Below, piece by piece: positions 39,240 through 50,234 of a stretch of DNA of 64,000 nucleotides (the first letter of the stretch is position 1; every line of letters starts with the position of its first letter). The notes beneath the pieces are model-generated. The model searched no databases and was not told the DNA's origin. It was given only the letters and a program-made list of their open reading frames with translations. The position numbers were made by a program, and so were the translations under genes. The DNA comes from a candidate division WOR-3 bacterium (lineage in GTDB: Bacteria > Hydrothermota > Tepidihabitantia > SM23-42). The stretch covers positions 8,943 through 72,942 of the forward strand of contig DRIG01000095.1 in assembly GCA_011052815.1 (NCBI GenBank), in the 5' to 3' direction.

Positions 39240-39240
39240 T

Positions 39241-39831
39241 CTACCTCCTTTGCTTTAGCCCTTCAAAAAATAACTGCAGAACGACCTCTGAGCCGAAATC
39301 GGCTTCGGGTATGATTAAATTCCCCAAAAAAACAGTCCTCATCGTAACGAGAAAATAGAACGCCGCGACATCCGGATCCACCTCACGGAATTCGCCCTGC
39401 TCAATACCTTGCTTGATGATCCGGCTGAGGCTCTTTGTCATCTCAGTCAATCTGGGAGTTATAATCTGCTTCAACTTCTTTAAAACCTTGCTCGACAGAT
39501 GAATATTCTCAAATGTAAACATCGGGTGGGAAACTTTCATCTTTTCTAAATAATTGACAAAACTCTCGGAAATTCGATTCATCTTTTCGGTCGCCGAGCC
39601 CGGCTGGACCGCGATCCGGTTGAATAATGCTGTCGCATTGTTGAGGTGTTCGTTTATTGCGGCGATATATATGGATTCTTTATCATTAAAATAGAGATAA
39701 ACCGTTCCCTTGGCGATATGCGCCGCCCTGGCGATATCCTCGACCGTGGTCCTGAAATACCCCTTTTTCGAAAAAATCCTCAGGGCGCACTTTATTATCT
39801 TATGCCTGACTGTTGTCTCTCTCTTCTTCAT
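39241..39831 (-). CDS. TetR/AcrR-family transcriptional regulator.
   Basis: N-terminal HTH: ALRIFSKKGYFRTTVEDIARAAHIAKGTVYLYF. Confidence 0.85.
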   Translation of the reverse strand: MKKRETTVRHKIIKCALRIFSKKGYFRTTVEDIARAAHIAKGTVYLYFNDKESIYIAAINEHLNNATALFNRIAVQPGSATEKMNRISESFVNYLEKMKVSHPMFTFENIHLSSKVLKKLKQIITPRLTEMTKSLSRIIKQGIEQGEFREVDPDVAAFYFLVTMRTVFLGNLIIPEADFGSEVVLQLFFEGLKQRR

Positions 39832-39875
39832 AATTTTATATATATTTTGACCATCTCACTCAAAAAAGGTTTATT

Positions 39876-39895
39876 CTGACTGACCAGTCAGTCAG
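39876..39895. promoter_or_regulatory. Palindromic operator candidate (CTGACTGAC-CA-GTCAGTCAG) for the adjacent TetR regulator.
   Basis: 9-bp inverted arms with a 2-bp spacer, 45 bp upstream of tetR in the tetR/crp divergent region. Confidence 0.45.
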
Positions 39896-39957
39896 TGTAC
39901 ATTATATCCGAAAACAAAAGAATGTCAAGTTAAAAATGCACCCCTGGAAATTCGCGG

Positions 39958-39985
39958 TTGACTTTGAGTGATTTTTCAATAAAAT
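39958..39985 (+). promoter_or_regulatory. Sigma-70-like promoter for the Crp/Fnr-family gene.
   Basis: TTGACT 39958-39963, N16, TAAAAT 39980-39985. AGGAGG RBS before the ATG at 40008. Confidence 0.5.
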
Positions 39986-40007
39986 AGTATAGTAAAAAGG
40001 AGGTTGT

Positions 40008-40640
40008 ATGGTCGAAGGAATGGAAAGGAAACTTAATCCTGGTGATGTTCTATTTGAAGAAGGTGATAAGGGTGATGTGATGTATCTTATTCGCGAGGGA
40101 AAAATAAAGATTACCAAAGGGAAAGGTGAGGATGAAAAAGTCCTGGCAGTGCTCAAAGAAGGTGATTTTTTCGGTGAAATGGCGATTATCGACGGTTCTC
40201 CCCGCTCAGCCTCAGCGATCGCGACGACCCCGGTCTCCCTGCTGGTCATCGACAAAGAAACCTTCAAATCAAAGATTAAAGAAAACCCTCTTATTGAATA
40301 TGTACTGGAAACACTCTCGAGAAGGCTGCGCACAACCGACGAGCAGATAAGATTATTAACCATAAAAAGTGAAGAACGAAGGGTTGTGGCGTATATAATA
40401 ACCAAAGCCAAGGAAATCGGGAAAAAGACCGATCAGGGCATCGAAATCAGCCCCTTCTCTTATGAGAATCTTGCTCATATTACGGGTATTGAAGAAGGAA
40501 AGATCAAGAACTATGTCGAGAATCTGGAAAAGGCAAACTTAATTACGCTTAAGGATAATGCTGTAATAATCAAAGGAATTGAAGATTTAGATGATTATCT
40601 GAGATATATCGCATTAAAGGAGAAATTCGAAAAGCCGTAA
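40008..40640 (+). CDS. Crp/Fnr-family transcriptional regulator (cNMP-binding + HTH).
   Basis: Cyclic-nucleotide-binding signature GDFFGEMAIIDGSPRSASA. C-terminal HTH. Confidence 0.85.
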   Translation: MVEGMERKLNPGDVLFEEGDKGDVMYLIREGKIKITKGKGEDEKVLAVLKEGDFFGEMAIIDGSPRSASAIATTPVSLLVIDKETFKSKIKENPLIEYVLETLSRRLRTTDEQIRLLTIKSEERRVVAYIITKAKEIGKKTDQGIEISPFSYENLAHITGIEEGKIKNYVENLEKANLITLKDNAVIIKGIEDLDDYLRYIALKEKFEKP

Positions 40641-40703
40641 TCAATAATTCCGATTAATCTGCGCGCCGAAAAAACTCATTTAATCTAAATCAGGAGAGAA
40701 TAT

Positions 40704-41759
40704 TTGCAAAAGAGAAAGGAAGAGGAAAGTAGATTCAAGGAATTGAGTGTTTTATTAACCAAGGCGGAGGTTTTAAAGAACCACAAGGAATACGCCGCAC
40801 TTTCAAAAGAGTATAAAAAGCTGGAACAACTCATTCAAAGATACGAACAGCATGATAAACTCTTAAAAGAGATAGAAGACGTCAAAAAGATACTCAACAG
40901 CGACGATGGAGAACTGAAAGAACTCGCAGCGGTTGAACTGGAGAATCTCAAGAAGAAAGTGAAGAACATAGAATTCGAAATCGACGAACTGTCCAATCCG
41001 GATTATGAAGAGTATAAAAAAAATTGTATCATCGAACTTCGTGCCGGAACCGGCGGTGATGAAGCATCCCTTTTCGCCGCAGATCTCTTTCGAATGTACA
41101 CCAAATATATTGAGAAGAAAGGCTTGAAGTTCGAGGTGCTCTCTTCGCATCATAGTGATATCGGTGGTTACAAAGAGATTATCTTCCTCGTCTCGGGTGA
41201 AAATGCTTATAAATTATTCCATTTTGAAAAAGGCGTCCACAGGGTCCAGAGGGTGCCGATAACCGAAACCGGCGGCAGAATCCATACCTCGACGGTGACC
41301 GTTGCAGTCCTTCCAGAAATCGAGGAAACACAATTCGAAATAAATCCCAATGATTTGAAGATCGACACATTCCGCGCCGGCGGTCACGGCGGTCAGAATG
41401 TAAATAAGGTCTCTTCCGCGGTAAGAATCACCCACATTCCTTCAGGTATCGTTGTAAGTTGTCAGGATGAGCGTTCCCAGCATAAGAATAGAGTGCGGGC
41501 GATGAAAATCTTACGAGCCCGTTTGGCTGCGATTGAGCAGGAGAAGAGACAAAAAGAGATAGAAAAACAACGTCGTCAGCAGGTGGGAACCGGTGAAAGG
41601 AGTGAAAAAATCAGAACGTATAATTTCCCGCAAAACAGAGTGACGGATCACAGAATCGGACTCAGCCTCTATAATCTGGATAATATTCTTGAAGGAGACC
41701 TGGATCCGATCATAAAAAGCCTTGAAGAATATGAAAAACGCAGTAGCACAAGTAAGTAA
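40704..41759 (+). CDS. prfA: Peptide chain release factor 1 (TTG start).
   Basis: [17 protein letters not shown] (RF1 PxT-type region) and the GGQ motif [11 protein letters not shown]. Confidence 0.9.
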   Translation: MQKRKEEESRFKELSVLLTKAEVLKNHKEYAALSKEYKKLEQLIQRYEQHDKLLKEIEDVKKILNSDDGELKELAAVELENLKKKVKNIEFEIDELSNPDYEEYKKNCIIELRAGTGGDEASLFAADLFRMYTKYIEKKGLKFEVLSSHHSDIGGYKEIIFLVSGENAYKLFHFEKGVHRVQRVPITETGGRIHTSTVTVAVLPEIEETQFEINPNDLKIDTFRAGGHGGQNVNKVSSAVRITHIPSGIVVSCQDERSQHKNRVRAMKILRARLAAIEQEKRQKEIEKQRRQQVGTGERSEKIRTYNFPQNRVTDHRIGLSLYNLDNILEGDLDPIIKSLEEYEKRSSTSK

Positions 41760-42570
41760 AGAGTTGAATATATCACGGGCAGAAGCCGAATTGATTGTCG
41801 CCGCGCTCCTTGAGAAACCGAGGTTCGAACTCTATTTGAAAGGAGAACTCGATGAACCGCGACGCCGTGCTTTGAAGATAAAAATCATGCAACTGCGTAA
41901 AGGGATACCGCTTGAATATCTTACCAAAAAAGTCCAATTTTTAAATTATACTTTGAATATCTATCCGGGCGTCTTCATCCCCAGGCTCGAAACAGAATAT
42001 TTTGTTGAAATAATCGGCAGGCTCGTGAAGAAAACACCCGTCGCGATCCTCGAAATCGGAACAGGTTCAGGCGCCCTGGCTATCGCCCTTTCTTCGTTGT
42101 TCCCGAAGAGTTCCATCATCGCCACCGACATATCCCCTGCCGCACTCAGCTGTGCCCGCCAGAACATCAAACAATACAATCTTGAAAAGCAGATCAAACT
42201 TGTCCGTGGTGATATGTTGAACGCCTTCTCGACGCCATTCGATTTAATCGTTTCAAATCCGCCTTATATTCCCGATTCACGCCTCAAATCCCTGCCTGAC
42301 AGCGTAAAATATTTTGAACCGATTCTGGCGATAGCCGGTGGTAAAAACGGTATTGATTTTACAAAACGGATGCTTTTGCAAGCCGTGAAACAAATCACTC
42401 CCGATGGAATGATCGCCGTTGAAATCGATGAAGATGCGGTCGATCCATTGAAGGACTTTATCCAATCAGACCTCTCCGCAAAATTCCTGTTCAAAAAGGA
42501 TTTATTCAACAGGAATCGTTATCTTTTTATAGGAAACTTTAATAATGAAAAAAGTAAAGATAGTAATTAA
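41731..42570 (+). CDS. prmC: Release-factor glutamine N5-methyltransferase PrmC/HemK. ATG at 41731 preferred over the tool's TTG at 41722.
   Basis: NPPY motif (VSNPPYIP). SAM-binding EIGTGSGA. Confidence 0.85.
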   Translation: MKNAVAQVSKELNISRAEAELIVAALLEKPRFELYLKGELDEPRRRALKIKIMQLRKGIPLEYLTKKVQFLNYTLNIYPGVFIPRLETEYFVEIIGRLVKKTPVAILEIGTGSGALAIALSSLFPKSSIIATDISPAALSCARQNIKQYNLEKQIKLVRGDMLNAFSTPFDLIVSNPPYIPDSRLKSLPDSVKYFEPILAIAGGKNGIDFTKRMLLQAVKQITPDGMIAVEIDEDAVDPLKDFIQSDLSAKFLFKKDLFNRNRYLFIGNFNNEKSKDSN

Positions 42571-43327
42571 TTTAAAGAAAAAATCTGCAAGCCGTATATT
42601 AAAAGATACCAAGGCATTATTGAAAGCAAACGGATTCACTTTTTCAAAAAGACCGGATTTTGTGATCGCCATGGGCGGTGATGGAACATTATTACATGCC
42701 GCCGCACTTTATTGCAAAAAAGGAATACCGATTCTCGGAGTGAACTCAGGCGGTCTCGGCTTCCTTACTGATGTGACATTAGAGCAGCTGCCGGATATGC
42801 TTATGCGAATCAGAAGGAAGAAATTTGTCCTGGAAAAAAGGATGATGGTAGCCGCGAAGTTCGACAAAACCATCCTCTATGCCTTGAATGATCTGACGAT
42901 AATAACAAGAATACCCGGCCGGGCAGTGGAATTCCTCGCCGCCATAAATAATGAATATCTCTGTCGGTTCATCGCCGACGGCATAATAATCGCCACACCT
43001 ACGGGTTCAACGGCTTATTCCTTAGCGACAAGCGGTCCGATCCTGCAGCCCCATACTGAAGCGATCATCGTAACGGCGATCGCACCCCATACCCTTTCCG
43101 TAAGGCCCATTGTGTTGCCCGCCGACAGCACGGTTGAGATAACGGTCGGTAAAAAAGGTAAAGCCGTTCTTGTGGCTGACGGGCAGAGAAGTAAATCCGT
43201 AAAAAACGGTCAAACGATAAAATTCAAAAAGGCGAAATTCCATGTAACTCTCATCAAACCCCACCATACAACCTTTTTCAAGACCCTGCGCGAAAAGATG
43301 AAATGGGGAGGCAGGGAGGATGCTTAA
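42545..43327 (+). CDS. nadK: NAD+ kinase.
   Basis: GGDGT motif (AMGGDGTLLHAA), NDLTI, ~260 aa. Confidence 0.85.
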   Translation: MKKVKIVINLKKKSASRILKDTKALLKANGFTFSKRPDFVIAMGGDGTLLHAAALYCKKGIPILGVNSGGLGFLTDVTLEQLPDMLMRIRRKKFVLEKRMMVAAKFDKTILYALNDLTIITRIPGRAVEFLAAINNEYLCRFIADGIIIATPTGSTAYSLATSGPILQPHTEAIIVTAIAPHTLSVRPIVLPADSTVEITVGKKGKAVLVADGQRSKSVKNGQTIKFKKAKFHVTLIKPHHTTFFKTLREKMKWGGREDA

Positions 43328-44978
43328 GTTATTAAAGGTCAAGAACTTTGCACTGCTGGAAGACCTCACCATCGAATTTGAATCCGGTTTGACCGTAATC
43401 ACCGGTGAAACGGGAGCGGGAAAATCGATGATCGTCGAAGCCGTCGCCACATTGTGCGGCAATCGGATGGAAGAGGTATTGATCAGAAGCGGCAAGAACT
43501 TCGCCGAAGTGACCGGAATCTTCAGCATAACTCCGGTACTGACGAAGAAGCTGGAAAAAGCCGGGATTGAAACGGATTCGGAAATGATTATAAGACGCAA
43601 AATCGAACGTGGAAGAAGACAGAACGCATATATAAACGACCAGATTGTAAGCCTGAATCTGTTGCGGGAGATTTCACGTGAAACAATAGATCTCATCGGA
43701 CAATATGAACATCAATCTCTCTTTTATCCGAAAAATCATCTGGTGCTTCTGGACTCATTCGCCGGCGTCGATAATTTAAAGAAGGAATATAATACCAACT
43801 ACTCTGAATATCGCAGACTGCAGGGGAAATTACAGGAACTTCTTGAAGCGGTAAGACAGAAAGATGAAAGGGTAGAATATTTGAGGTATCAAATCGACGA
43901 GATTGAAAAGGCGAATATCCAGCCAGGTGAAGAGGATGAATTGCTTGAAGAACAGAACCTACTCGTGAGCAGTGAGAAACGCACCATACTCTCCACGGAA
44001 ATCGTGAACAGATTGTATGAGGCGGACGGCTCGATAATTGAAAATCTGGCTGCGGTGAAAAAGTTGTTTGATGATCTCTGTGAATACGACCCCAAACTTT
44101 CACAGAACAGTAAGGAACTGGAAACCGTCATTTCCTCAATCGATGAAATTTACAGACAAATCAGCAGTTATCGCGAACAGATAGAATTTTCCGAAACAAG
44201 ACTCGACTATGTCCAGGGAAGATTGGAAACAATAACAAAGATAAAGAAGAAGTATGGAAAGAGCCTCGATGAAGTCTATGATTATCTGCTGACCGTAAAA
44301 AAAGAATTATCTATGATAGAAACACGTGATGAGGAAATAAGCCGGGTTAAAAACCAGATTACCGACATCGAAAAGAAATTGATGAAACAAGCCGATGAAC
44401 TTTCGGCGCGGCGACGGACGGCTGCGGAATCATTGAGAAAAAAAATTTTGAATATCCTGTCACAGCTGGGTATGAAAAAAGCCGATTTTGAAATTTCGAT
44501 AAATCATAAAGAACTTGGAGAAAACGGTAAAGAGGATGTTGAATTTTATATTTCGACAAATCCCGGCGAGGAATTGAAACCCCTGAGGAAAGTGGCTTCA
44601 GGTGGAGAAACATCACGGATTATCCTCGGGCTCAAAACAATATTGTCCGAAGTCGACAAAATCCCCACCATCATATTTGATGAGGTCGACACAGGCATCG
44701 GCGGCGGCATTGCGGAAGCCGTCGGTGACCTCCTGGCGAAAATCAGCAGACAACACCAGATCATCTGCATCACCCATCTCCCCCAAATATCGATATTCGC
44801 CGACAGTCATATCCTCGTCGAAAAAAAGATCAAGGGAAAAGAAACCTTTACGAAAGTCACGAAACTGGATAAAGAAAAAAGAAAGCAAGAGGTCGCCAGA
44901 ATGCTCGGCGGCAGGGAAATAACCGAAAAGACAATCGAACACGCCGCTGAATTTCTGGAAAGAAGGCGGAAACGATGA
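43320..44978 (+). CDS. recN: DNA repair protein RecN.
   Basis: N-terminal Walker A GETGAGKS. Coiled-coil middle. C-terminal SMC-like signature and Walker B. Confidence 0.9.
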   Translation: MLKLLKVKNFALLEDLTIEFESGLTVITGETGAGKSMIVEAVATLCGNRMEEVLIRSGKNFAEVTGIFSITPVLTKKLEKAGIETDSEMIIRRKIERGRRQNAYINDQIVSLNLLREISRETIDLIGQYEHQSLFYPKNHLVLLDSFAGVDNLKKEYNTNYSEYRRLQGKLQELLEAVRQKDERVEYLRYQIDEIEKANIQPGEEDELLEEQNLLVSSEKRTILSTEIVNRLYEADGSIIENLAAVKKLFDDLCEYDPKLSQNSKELETVISSIDEIYRQISSYREQIEFSETRLDYVQGRLETITKIKKKYGKSLDEVYDYLLTVKKELSMIETRDEEISRVKNQITDIEKKLMKQADELSARRRTAAESLRKKILNILSQLGMKKADFEISINHKELGENGKEDVEFYISTNPGEELKPLRKVASGGETSRIILGLKTILSEVDKIPTIIFDEVDTGIGGGIAEAVGDLLAKISRQHQIICITHLPQISIFADSHILVEKKIKGKETFTKVTKLDKEKRKQEVARMLGGREITEKTIEHAAEFLERRRKR

Positions 44979-45565
44979 ACCGGGAACAGAATATCAACGA
45001 CATCATCAAACAGGGAAAAGGATTGACCGCTGTTCTGTTCAACAGTTCTATCACCGTAGCCAATGTTATAACGGTCTCAAGACTTCTCCTTCTTCCGTTT
45101 ATAATCTATTTCATCATCACCGGTCAGCGGACCACCGCCTTCATCATATTGCTGATCTCCCTGCTTTCAGATGCGGTCGACGGTTACCTCGCAAGAAGAT
45201 TAAAGCAGGAATCAGAAATAGGAAAATATCTTGATCCGCTGGTCGATAAAATTTCATTAACTACGGTGTTGATTACACTTTTTTTGATCAAAGCGATACC
45301 CTTATGGGGGATTATAATTATCGTATTAAGGGATGTCCTGATTCTTATAGGAAGTTTTGTCCTGTTGAAGCATAAGTCGAAAGTTTTCAAGTCCCATGTC
45401 GTCGGTAAAATCACCGGAGTAATTCTCGGAGCGATAATCTGTTCCTTCACATTGAACTGGAACAAGTTAGGGGAAATATTACTCTACATAAGCATACCGG
45501 CGATAGTGGTGTCATTCGGGATTTATCTGAAAAGATACATAAGTACAATGAAAGGAGCAGAATGA
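44975..45565 (+). CDS. CDP-alcohol phosphatidyltransferase family protein (PgsA-like).
   Basis: Motif DAVDGYLARR...G...D. Multiple transmembrane segments. Confidence 0.75.
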   Translation: MNREQNINDIIKQGKGLTAVLFNSSITVANVITVSRLLLLPFIIYFIITGQRTTAFIILLISLLSDAVDGYLARRLKQESEIGKYLDPLVDKISLTTVLITLFLIKAIPLWGIIIIVLRDVLILIGSFVLLKHKSKVFKSHVVGKITGVILGAIICSFTLNWNKLGEILLYISIPAIVVSFGIYLKRYISTMKGAE

Positions 45566-46368
45566 AGCCAATATTTTTTACAAAGATGGAAGGGTCGGGA
45601 AATGACTTCTTGATTATTGATAATTACAACGGTTTGATCAACGAAACACTCACCGCTCCGGAAATCCCCGGCCTTGTCAAAAAAATAGCAAATCGCAATC
45701 TCGGTGCCGGGGCTGACGGTGTGCTTTTCGTTGAACAATCAAAGGATTTCGCATTCGGTATGAAATACTTCAACCGTGATGGAAGTGAAGCGGAGATATG
45801 TCTCAACGGTGCACGATGTATCGTCAGTTTCGCCCATAGACTGGGATTGATTCAAGAAAAAGGAAAATTCCTGTCGGCTTCGGGTCCGTTGGGGTTTTAT
45901 TATAAAAACGGGAATGTTAGTATTGAAGTACAACCGCCGGTCGAGATCAAGTTGAATTTCAGTTTTACGATGAAACGAAAGAAGTACCGCGCCAATTTCT
46001 TGAAACTCGGTGTGCCGCACTGCGTGATCTTTGTGGATTCTTACGAAAAGATAGACGTCAAAGAGTTGGGGCGTGAAATCCGCAATCATCGTACTTTCAA
46101 GCCCGACGGCGTGAACGTCAATTTTGTGAAGGTCGAGAACAACAACTCTCTGTTCATCCGAACCTACGAACGCGGCGTGGAAGACGAAACATTATCATGC
46201 GGTAGTGGCGTCCTGGCGTCCGCATACATCGCGACAAAACTCTTTCTTACGGAATCTCCGGTAACCTGCAAAACCCAGGGCGGTGACCTGCTTGTAACGA
46301 TAAAGGACAAACTCTATCTTGAAGGACCGGCGCGTGTCGTATACGACGGAGTATACTATATAGAATAG
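45562..46368 (+). CDS. dapF: Diaminopimelate epimerase.
   Basis: GSGNDF near the N-terminus and a second catalytic Cys in SCGSG. Confidence 0.85.
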   Translation: MKPIFFTKMEGSGNDFLIIDNYNGLINETLTAPEIPGLVKKIANRNLGAGADGVLFVEQSKDFAFGMKYFNRDGSEAEICLNGARCIVSFAHRLGLIQEKGKFLSASGPLGFYYKNGNVSIEVQPPVEIKLNFSFTMKRKKYRANFLKLGVPHCVIFVDSYEKIDVKELGREIRNHRTFKPDGVNVNFVKVENNNSLFIRTYERGVEDETLSCGSGVLASAYIATKLFLTESPVTCKTQGGDLLVTIKDKLYLEGPARVVYDGVYYIE

Positions 46369-46413
46369 CGACCGATCATCATCTCTTCAGGGTTCTTAAA
46401 GTTCTGATTTTGT

Positions 46414-47610
46414 TCAGCGGTTCAGAAGAACACGTTCAATTCGGGGTAGAGCCCATATAAGTTCTTCTTTTTTTATGGTCAACGGCGGGGCGAACCGGAC
46501 GACCATCGCGTGGGTCTCTTTCGCAAGAATCCCCTGGTTCATCAATTTCTCACAGTACGGACGTGCCTTCTTCTTCAATTCAACGCCGATCAATAAACCC
46601 TTACCCCTTACTTCTTTAATAATCGGGCTCTTAATCTTACGCAGTTCCTCCATAAACCAGTTTCCCAGACGGAAGGCGCGCTGAGCCAGTCTCTCTTTAA
46701 GGATAACCTCAAGCGCTGCAATCCCTATGGCTGAGGCTAAAGGGTTGCCGCCGAATGTGGAGCCGTGGTCACCGGGATGGAGTACATTCATAATCCGATT
46801 ATTACACAGAATCGCTGAAACCGGATAAAAGCCGCCGCTTAAGGCTTTACCCACGATGGTGATATCGGGTTTCACCCGCTCATAATTACAGGCGAATAAT
46901 CTACCGGTGCGGCCGAGCCCGGTCTGTATTTCATCTGCAATGAATAAGACATTATTTTTCTTACAGATCCTGGCGCATTCCCGAAGGTAACCGTTGTCAG
47001 GAACAATCACACCTCCCTCACCCTGAATCGGCTCAACCAGGAAACCGACTGTATTCCTGGTGATCGCCCTGCTCAAAGCCCGTGGGTCGTTATAAGGGAT
47101 GATCTTAAAACCGGGAGTAAACCCGCCGAATCCTTCGCGGTATTGTGCTTCTGATGAGAAACCGATGATCGTTGTTGTTCGACCATGAAAATTATTTTCA
47201 CAAACAATAATCTCCGCCCGATTCTTTGTAACCTTTTTCTTCAAATACCCCCATTTCCGCGCCACTTTAATAGCGGTCTCAACCGCCTCGGCACCGGAAT
47301 TCATCGGCAGAGCCTTTTCATAACCAGTGAGTGTGCAGAGTTTTTTCAAAAAAGGACCCATCCGGTCATTATGGAACGCCCTTGAAGTAAGGGTCAACCT
47401 CGCCGCCTGTTTTTTCAACGCCTTGACGATATGCGGATGACAATGTCCCTGATTAAGAGCCGAGTACGCACTCAGCATATCAAGATACTTATTCCCTTCG
47501 ACATCCCAGACCCACACTCCTTTTCCTTTTGTCAGAACGACCGGTAAAGGTTTGTAATTGCGGGCGCTGAATTTCTCGGTCAACTTTATAAAAGCCTTAT
47601 TTTTTTTCAT
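46414..47610 (-). CDS. Ornithine aminotransferase-like class-III aminotransferase. ATG at 47610 with GGAGGA RBS preferred over the tool's GTG at 47637.
   Basis: YLDMLSAYSALNQGHCHPHIV matches the OAT family. Confidence 0.8.
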   Translation of the reverse strand: MKKNKAFIKLTEKFSARNYKPLPVVLTKGKGVWVWDVEGNKYLDMLSAYSALNQGHCHPHIVKALKKQAARLTLTSRAFHNDRMGPFLKKLCTLTGYEKALPMNSGAEAVETAIKVARKWGYLKKKVTKNRAEIIVCENNFHGRTTTIIGFSSEAQYREGFGGFTPGFKIIPYNDPRALSRAITRNTVGFLVEPIQGEGGVIVPDNGYLRECARICKKNNVLFIADEIQTGLGRTGRLFACNYERVKPDITIVGKALSGGFYPVSAILCNNRIMNVLHPGDHGSTFGGNPLASAIGIAALEVILKERLAQRAFRLGNWFMEELRKIKSPIIKEVRGKGLLIGVELKKKARPYCEKLMNQGILAKETHAMVVRFAPPLTIKKEELIWALPRIERVLLNR

Positions 47611-47689
47611 AAATCCTCCATTCTGAATAAATTCCACTACGTCAGATTATACTTAATTTTGCTGATTTTTCAAGAGAAGACAGAGGATT

Positions 47690-50185
47690 TTATAAACGCA
47701 ATTTTATCGCTGCAATGCAAAGCAGAACAGAAAGCACAAGGGTAATAATTGAAATAACCGAACCGATGTTAAAATACGGTGATATGTACTTGAAGACGAC
47801 TTCGTGATCGCCCGCCGGAACATGTACGGCGCGAAACGTATAATCTGCGCGATAAAGCTCTTGTTCCTTTCCGTCGACAAAGACCTTCCAGTCAGGATGC
47901 CAGTTGTCTGCAAGCACCAGAAATCCCGGATAAGGAGTCTCAATACCACAAACAACCTCATTGGCGGAATACTTTATGATTTCAGCCGGCACCATGGGCA
48001 GACCTCTTTTCAATCCGGAGACCGACGGTTCTTTTTCAAGAATCACCGTCGCCTCTGGTTCATATTCCGGAGATTTCAGAATATCAAGAATCGCAGAGTC
48101 TTTCGCAACCAGATAATCAGAAACAAGATAAGCGCGCGGCAGAAAACCGCTGTTTCTGTAAACCGAATATTGCCGTCCCCTGAATACAAGGTTGAATTCA
48201 GAAAAATATTCTCTCAATCCGATGATCGTCTGTTGCGATTGCGGATCATATCGTGAGATATCCTCCGGCAGTATCGGTCCGATAATATATTTTATATTAA
48301 GCATATTAATGAATTTATAACAGAACCGATCAGTGGAATCCGTCTGTCCCGGAAGAGTAAAAAGATTAGCCGGGCTGAACATAACACTCGTGCCGGCACC
48401 GATAAAATCCTGATAGCGTTGAATGGGATTGGGAATATAGCCTCCGACGCTCTGGATGTCGTGATACAAAAAATACAGATCTCTCGCATGTTCACAGTAT
48501 AAAGTCGGAAAAACCCTGAATACAGCCTTGTCCTTTTTTATGAATCTCACGACATCGTCTGCAGCATAATATTTTGCCGGTGCGGGTGCCGACGGTAGAA
48601 ACTTTCTCATAAGCGGCAGTTGATCAAAAAGTGTTATTATTATCGCAATAACGGCGAAGTTCCACAGCCTGAGCCGTTTGTTCAATCCGAGAAAGACCAC
48701 TGCAAGAATCATGACTGAAAAGAGCAGGCTCCGCCAGATCCCCATGAGGAAATTGGGGAAATTTTTGGAAATAAGCATAAGTTTCATCTCGGCTGCTCTC
48801 TTACCCCATTGATTGATTAACTGGGAACCAAAGGATTGCTGCATTGATGTCACAATCGAATCACTGCCTGCGGCACAGATCAGACCGGTAATGAGTAACG
48901 CACCTGCTATGATACCGCTGATTATTAAAAAGTTGCGCTGTACAAATTTCCGGTTCTTGATTTTATCCGGGTGGACGATTAAGTTGTCAAACCCGATGGT
49001 TCCAAGGACCACAAATGCGAAACTTACAAGATAAAAAATCAATGAGGGTGCACGTGTCAATTTAAATCCCGGTACCAGAGTATAAAAGATACGAAATACC
49101 GGTGTCGCACCACCGAGTGCGACAAGAAGAGCAATCAAGGATGCAATGGTATAAAATTTAACATACCTCTTTTTCCAGAAAAGAATGATCGTAAAGACCG
49201 ACAGAATAAGGGCAAGCAGTCCGAAGTACTCAAGATGTATCTTGAAAGTGTTGAATCCCCAATAATTATCGAGTATACCTGAATATCCGGGAATGACAAG
49301 GTCGATCAATTCCAACGGCGGCATTGCCCAGGATACCGCATATTCATACCCGCGTTCCACGCCCCGGGCGACAATCCCCAGACCGCCCAGAACCGGCAGC
49401 CAGACCGCAGCCATCAGTAAACAGAGCACTGCAATCGAGAAAACTCCGTACCCGACAAATCGAAAATAATCTTTTTTGCTCAGTTCTTTACGCCGACTGA
49501 TGAAATAATAAAGAACATAGCAGAGGATGAACAAAAGACTGTAGTAAGTTATCTGAAAATGGCCTTCATAAAATGTGAAGGCAGCGGCAAAACTGAACAG
49601 CAGGAAGAACAAAATCTTTTTTGTCCGCAATCCGCGGTGTATGAAAAAAATCAAGAGAGGAAACATCGCGACACTTGCGGCGCGTCCGGCATGGCCCGCC
49701 ATGGGAGTCGTGGCAAGATTACCGATGAACTGATAGATGACGGCACCCACTGCAGCGCTGTACTGCGACAGGCCGATTTCTTTTAAATAAAGATATGTCC
49801 CGAGCCCGGCGAGAAAGAAGAAGATGATGAATGTCAATGCCAGAACGACATGCGGCGGGATGAATACTCTTAGCTGAGCAAGCGGTGCCAGAGGTCCTCC
49901 AACAGGTGAACCGAGCACCGGAACACCGCCGAAAACATGAGGATACCACAGGGGCATTTCCGGCTGTTCCACGGTCCACGCTTCAAACGGGTAACCGCCG
50001 TTCAAATAATCAGAACCTCCGATCATCTTATTGCTATTCAAGAAAGAGGCGAAGTAAAGAAGCGGCAAGAGAAAGAGGAGAATAATAATGATTTTATCCC
50101 ATTGTTTCTCAATAAAGAACGGCTCCGCGGAAACAGTCGTCTCTTTTTTGTTCTTTATCTTCCTCTTTTTCTTCTTCTTTCCCAT
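47690..50185 (-). CDS. Large polytopic membrane protein, YfhO-like putative glycosyltransferase.
   Basis: 831 aa. Lys-rich cytoplasmic N-terminus, more than 10 transmembrane segments, large C-terminal extracytoplasmic domain. Confidence 0.5.
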   Translation of the reverse strand: MGKKKKKRKIKNKKETTVSAEPFFIEKQWDKIIIILLFLLPLLYFASFLNSNKMIGGSDYLNGGYPFEAWTVEQPEMPLWYPHVFGGVPVLGSPVGGPLAPLAQLRVFIPPHVVLALTFIIFFFLAGLGTYLYLKEIGLSQYSAAVGAVIYQFIGNLATTPMAGHAGRAASVAMFPLLIFFIHRGLRTKKILFFLLFSFAAAFTFYEGHFQITYYSLLFILCYVLYYFISRRKELSKKDYFRFVGYGVFSIAVLCLLMAAVWLPVLGGLGIVARGVERGYEYAVSWAMPPLELIDLVIPGYSGILDNYWGFNTFKIHLEYFGLLALILSVFTIILFWKKRYVKFYTIASLIALLVALGGATPVFRIFYTLVPGFKLTRAPSLIFYLVSFAFVVLGTIGFDNLIVHPDKIKNRKFVQRNFLIISGIIAGALLITGLICAAGSDSIVTSMQQSFGSQLINQWGKRAAEMKLMLISKNFPNFLMGIWRSLLFSVMILAVVFLGLNKRLRLWNFAVIAIIITLFDQLPLMRKFLPSAPAPAKYYAADDVVRFIKKDKAVFRVFPTLYCEHARDLYFLYHDIQSVGGYIPNPIQRYQDFIGAGTSVMFSPANLFTLPGQTDSTDRFCYKFINMLNIKYIIGPILPEDISRYDPQSQQTIIGLREYFSEFNLVFRGRQYSVYRNSGFLPRAYLVSDYLVAKDSAILDILKSPEYEPEATVILEKEPSVSGLKRGLPMVPAEIIKYSANEVVCGIETPYPGFLVLADNWHPDWKVFVDGKEQELYRADYTFRAVHVPAGDHEVVFKYISPYFNIGSVISIITLVLSVLLCIAAIKLRL

Positions 50186-50234
50186 CGCTATTTAGAGTAT
50201 AGATAAAATCCGGTAAGAGTCAAGATATGCCTAT

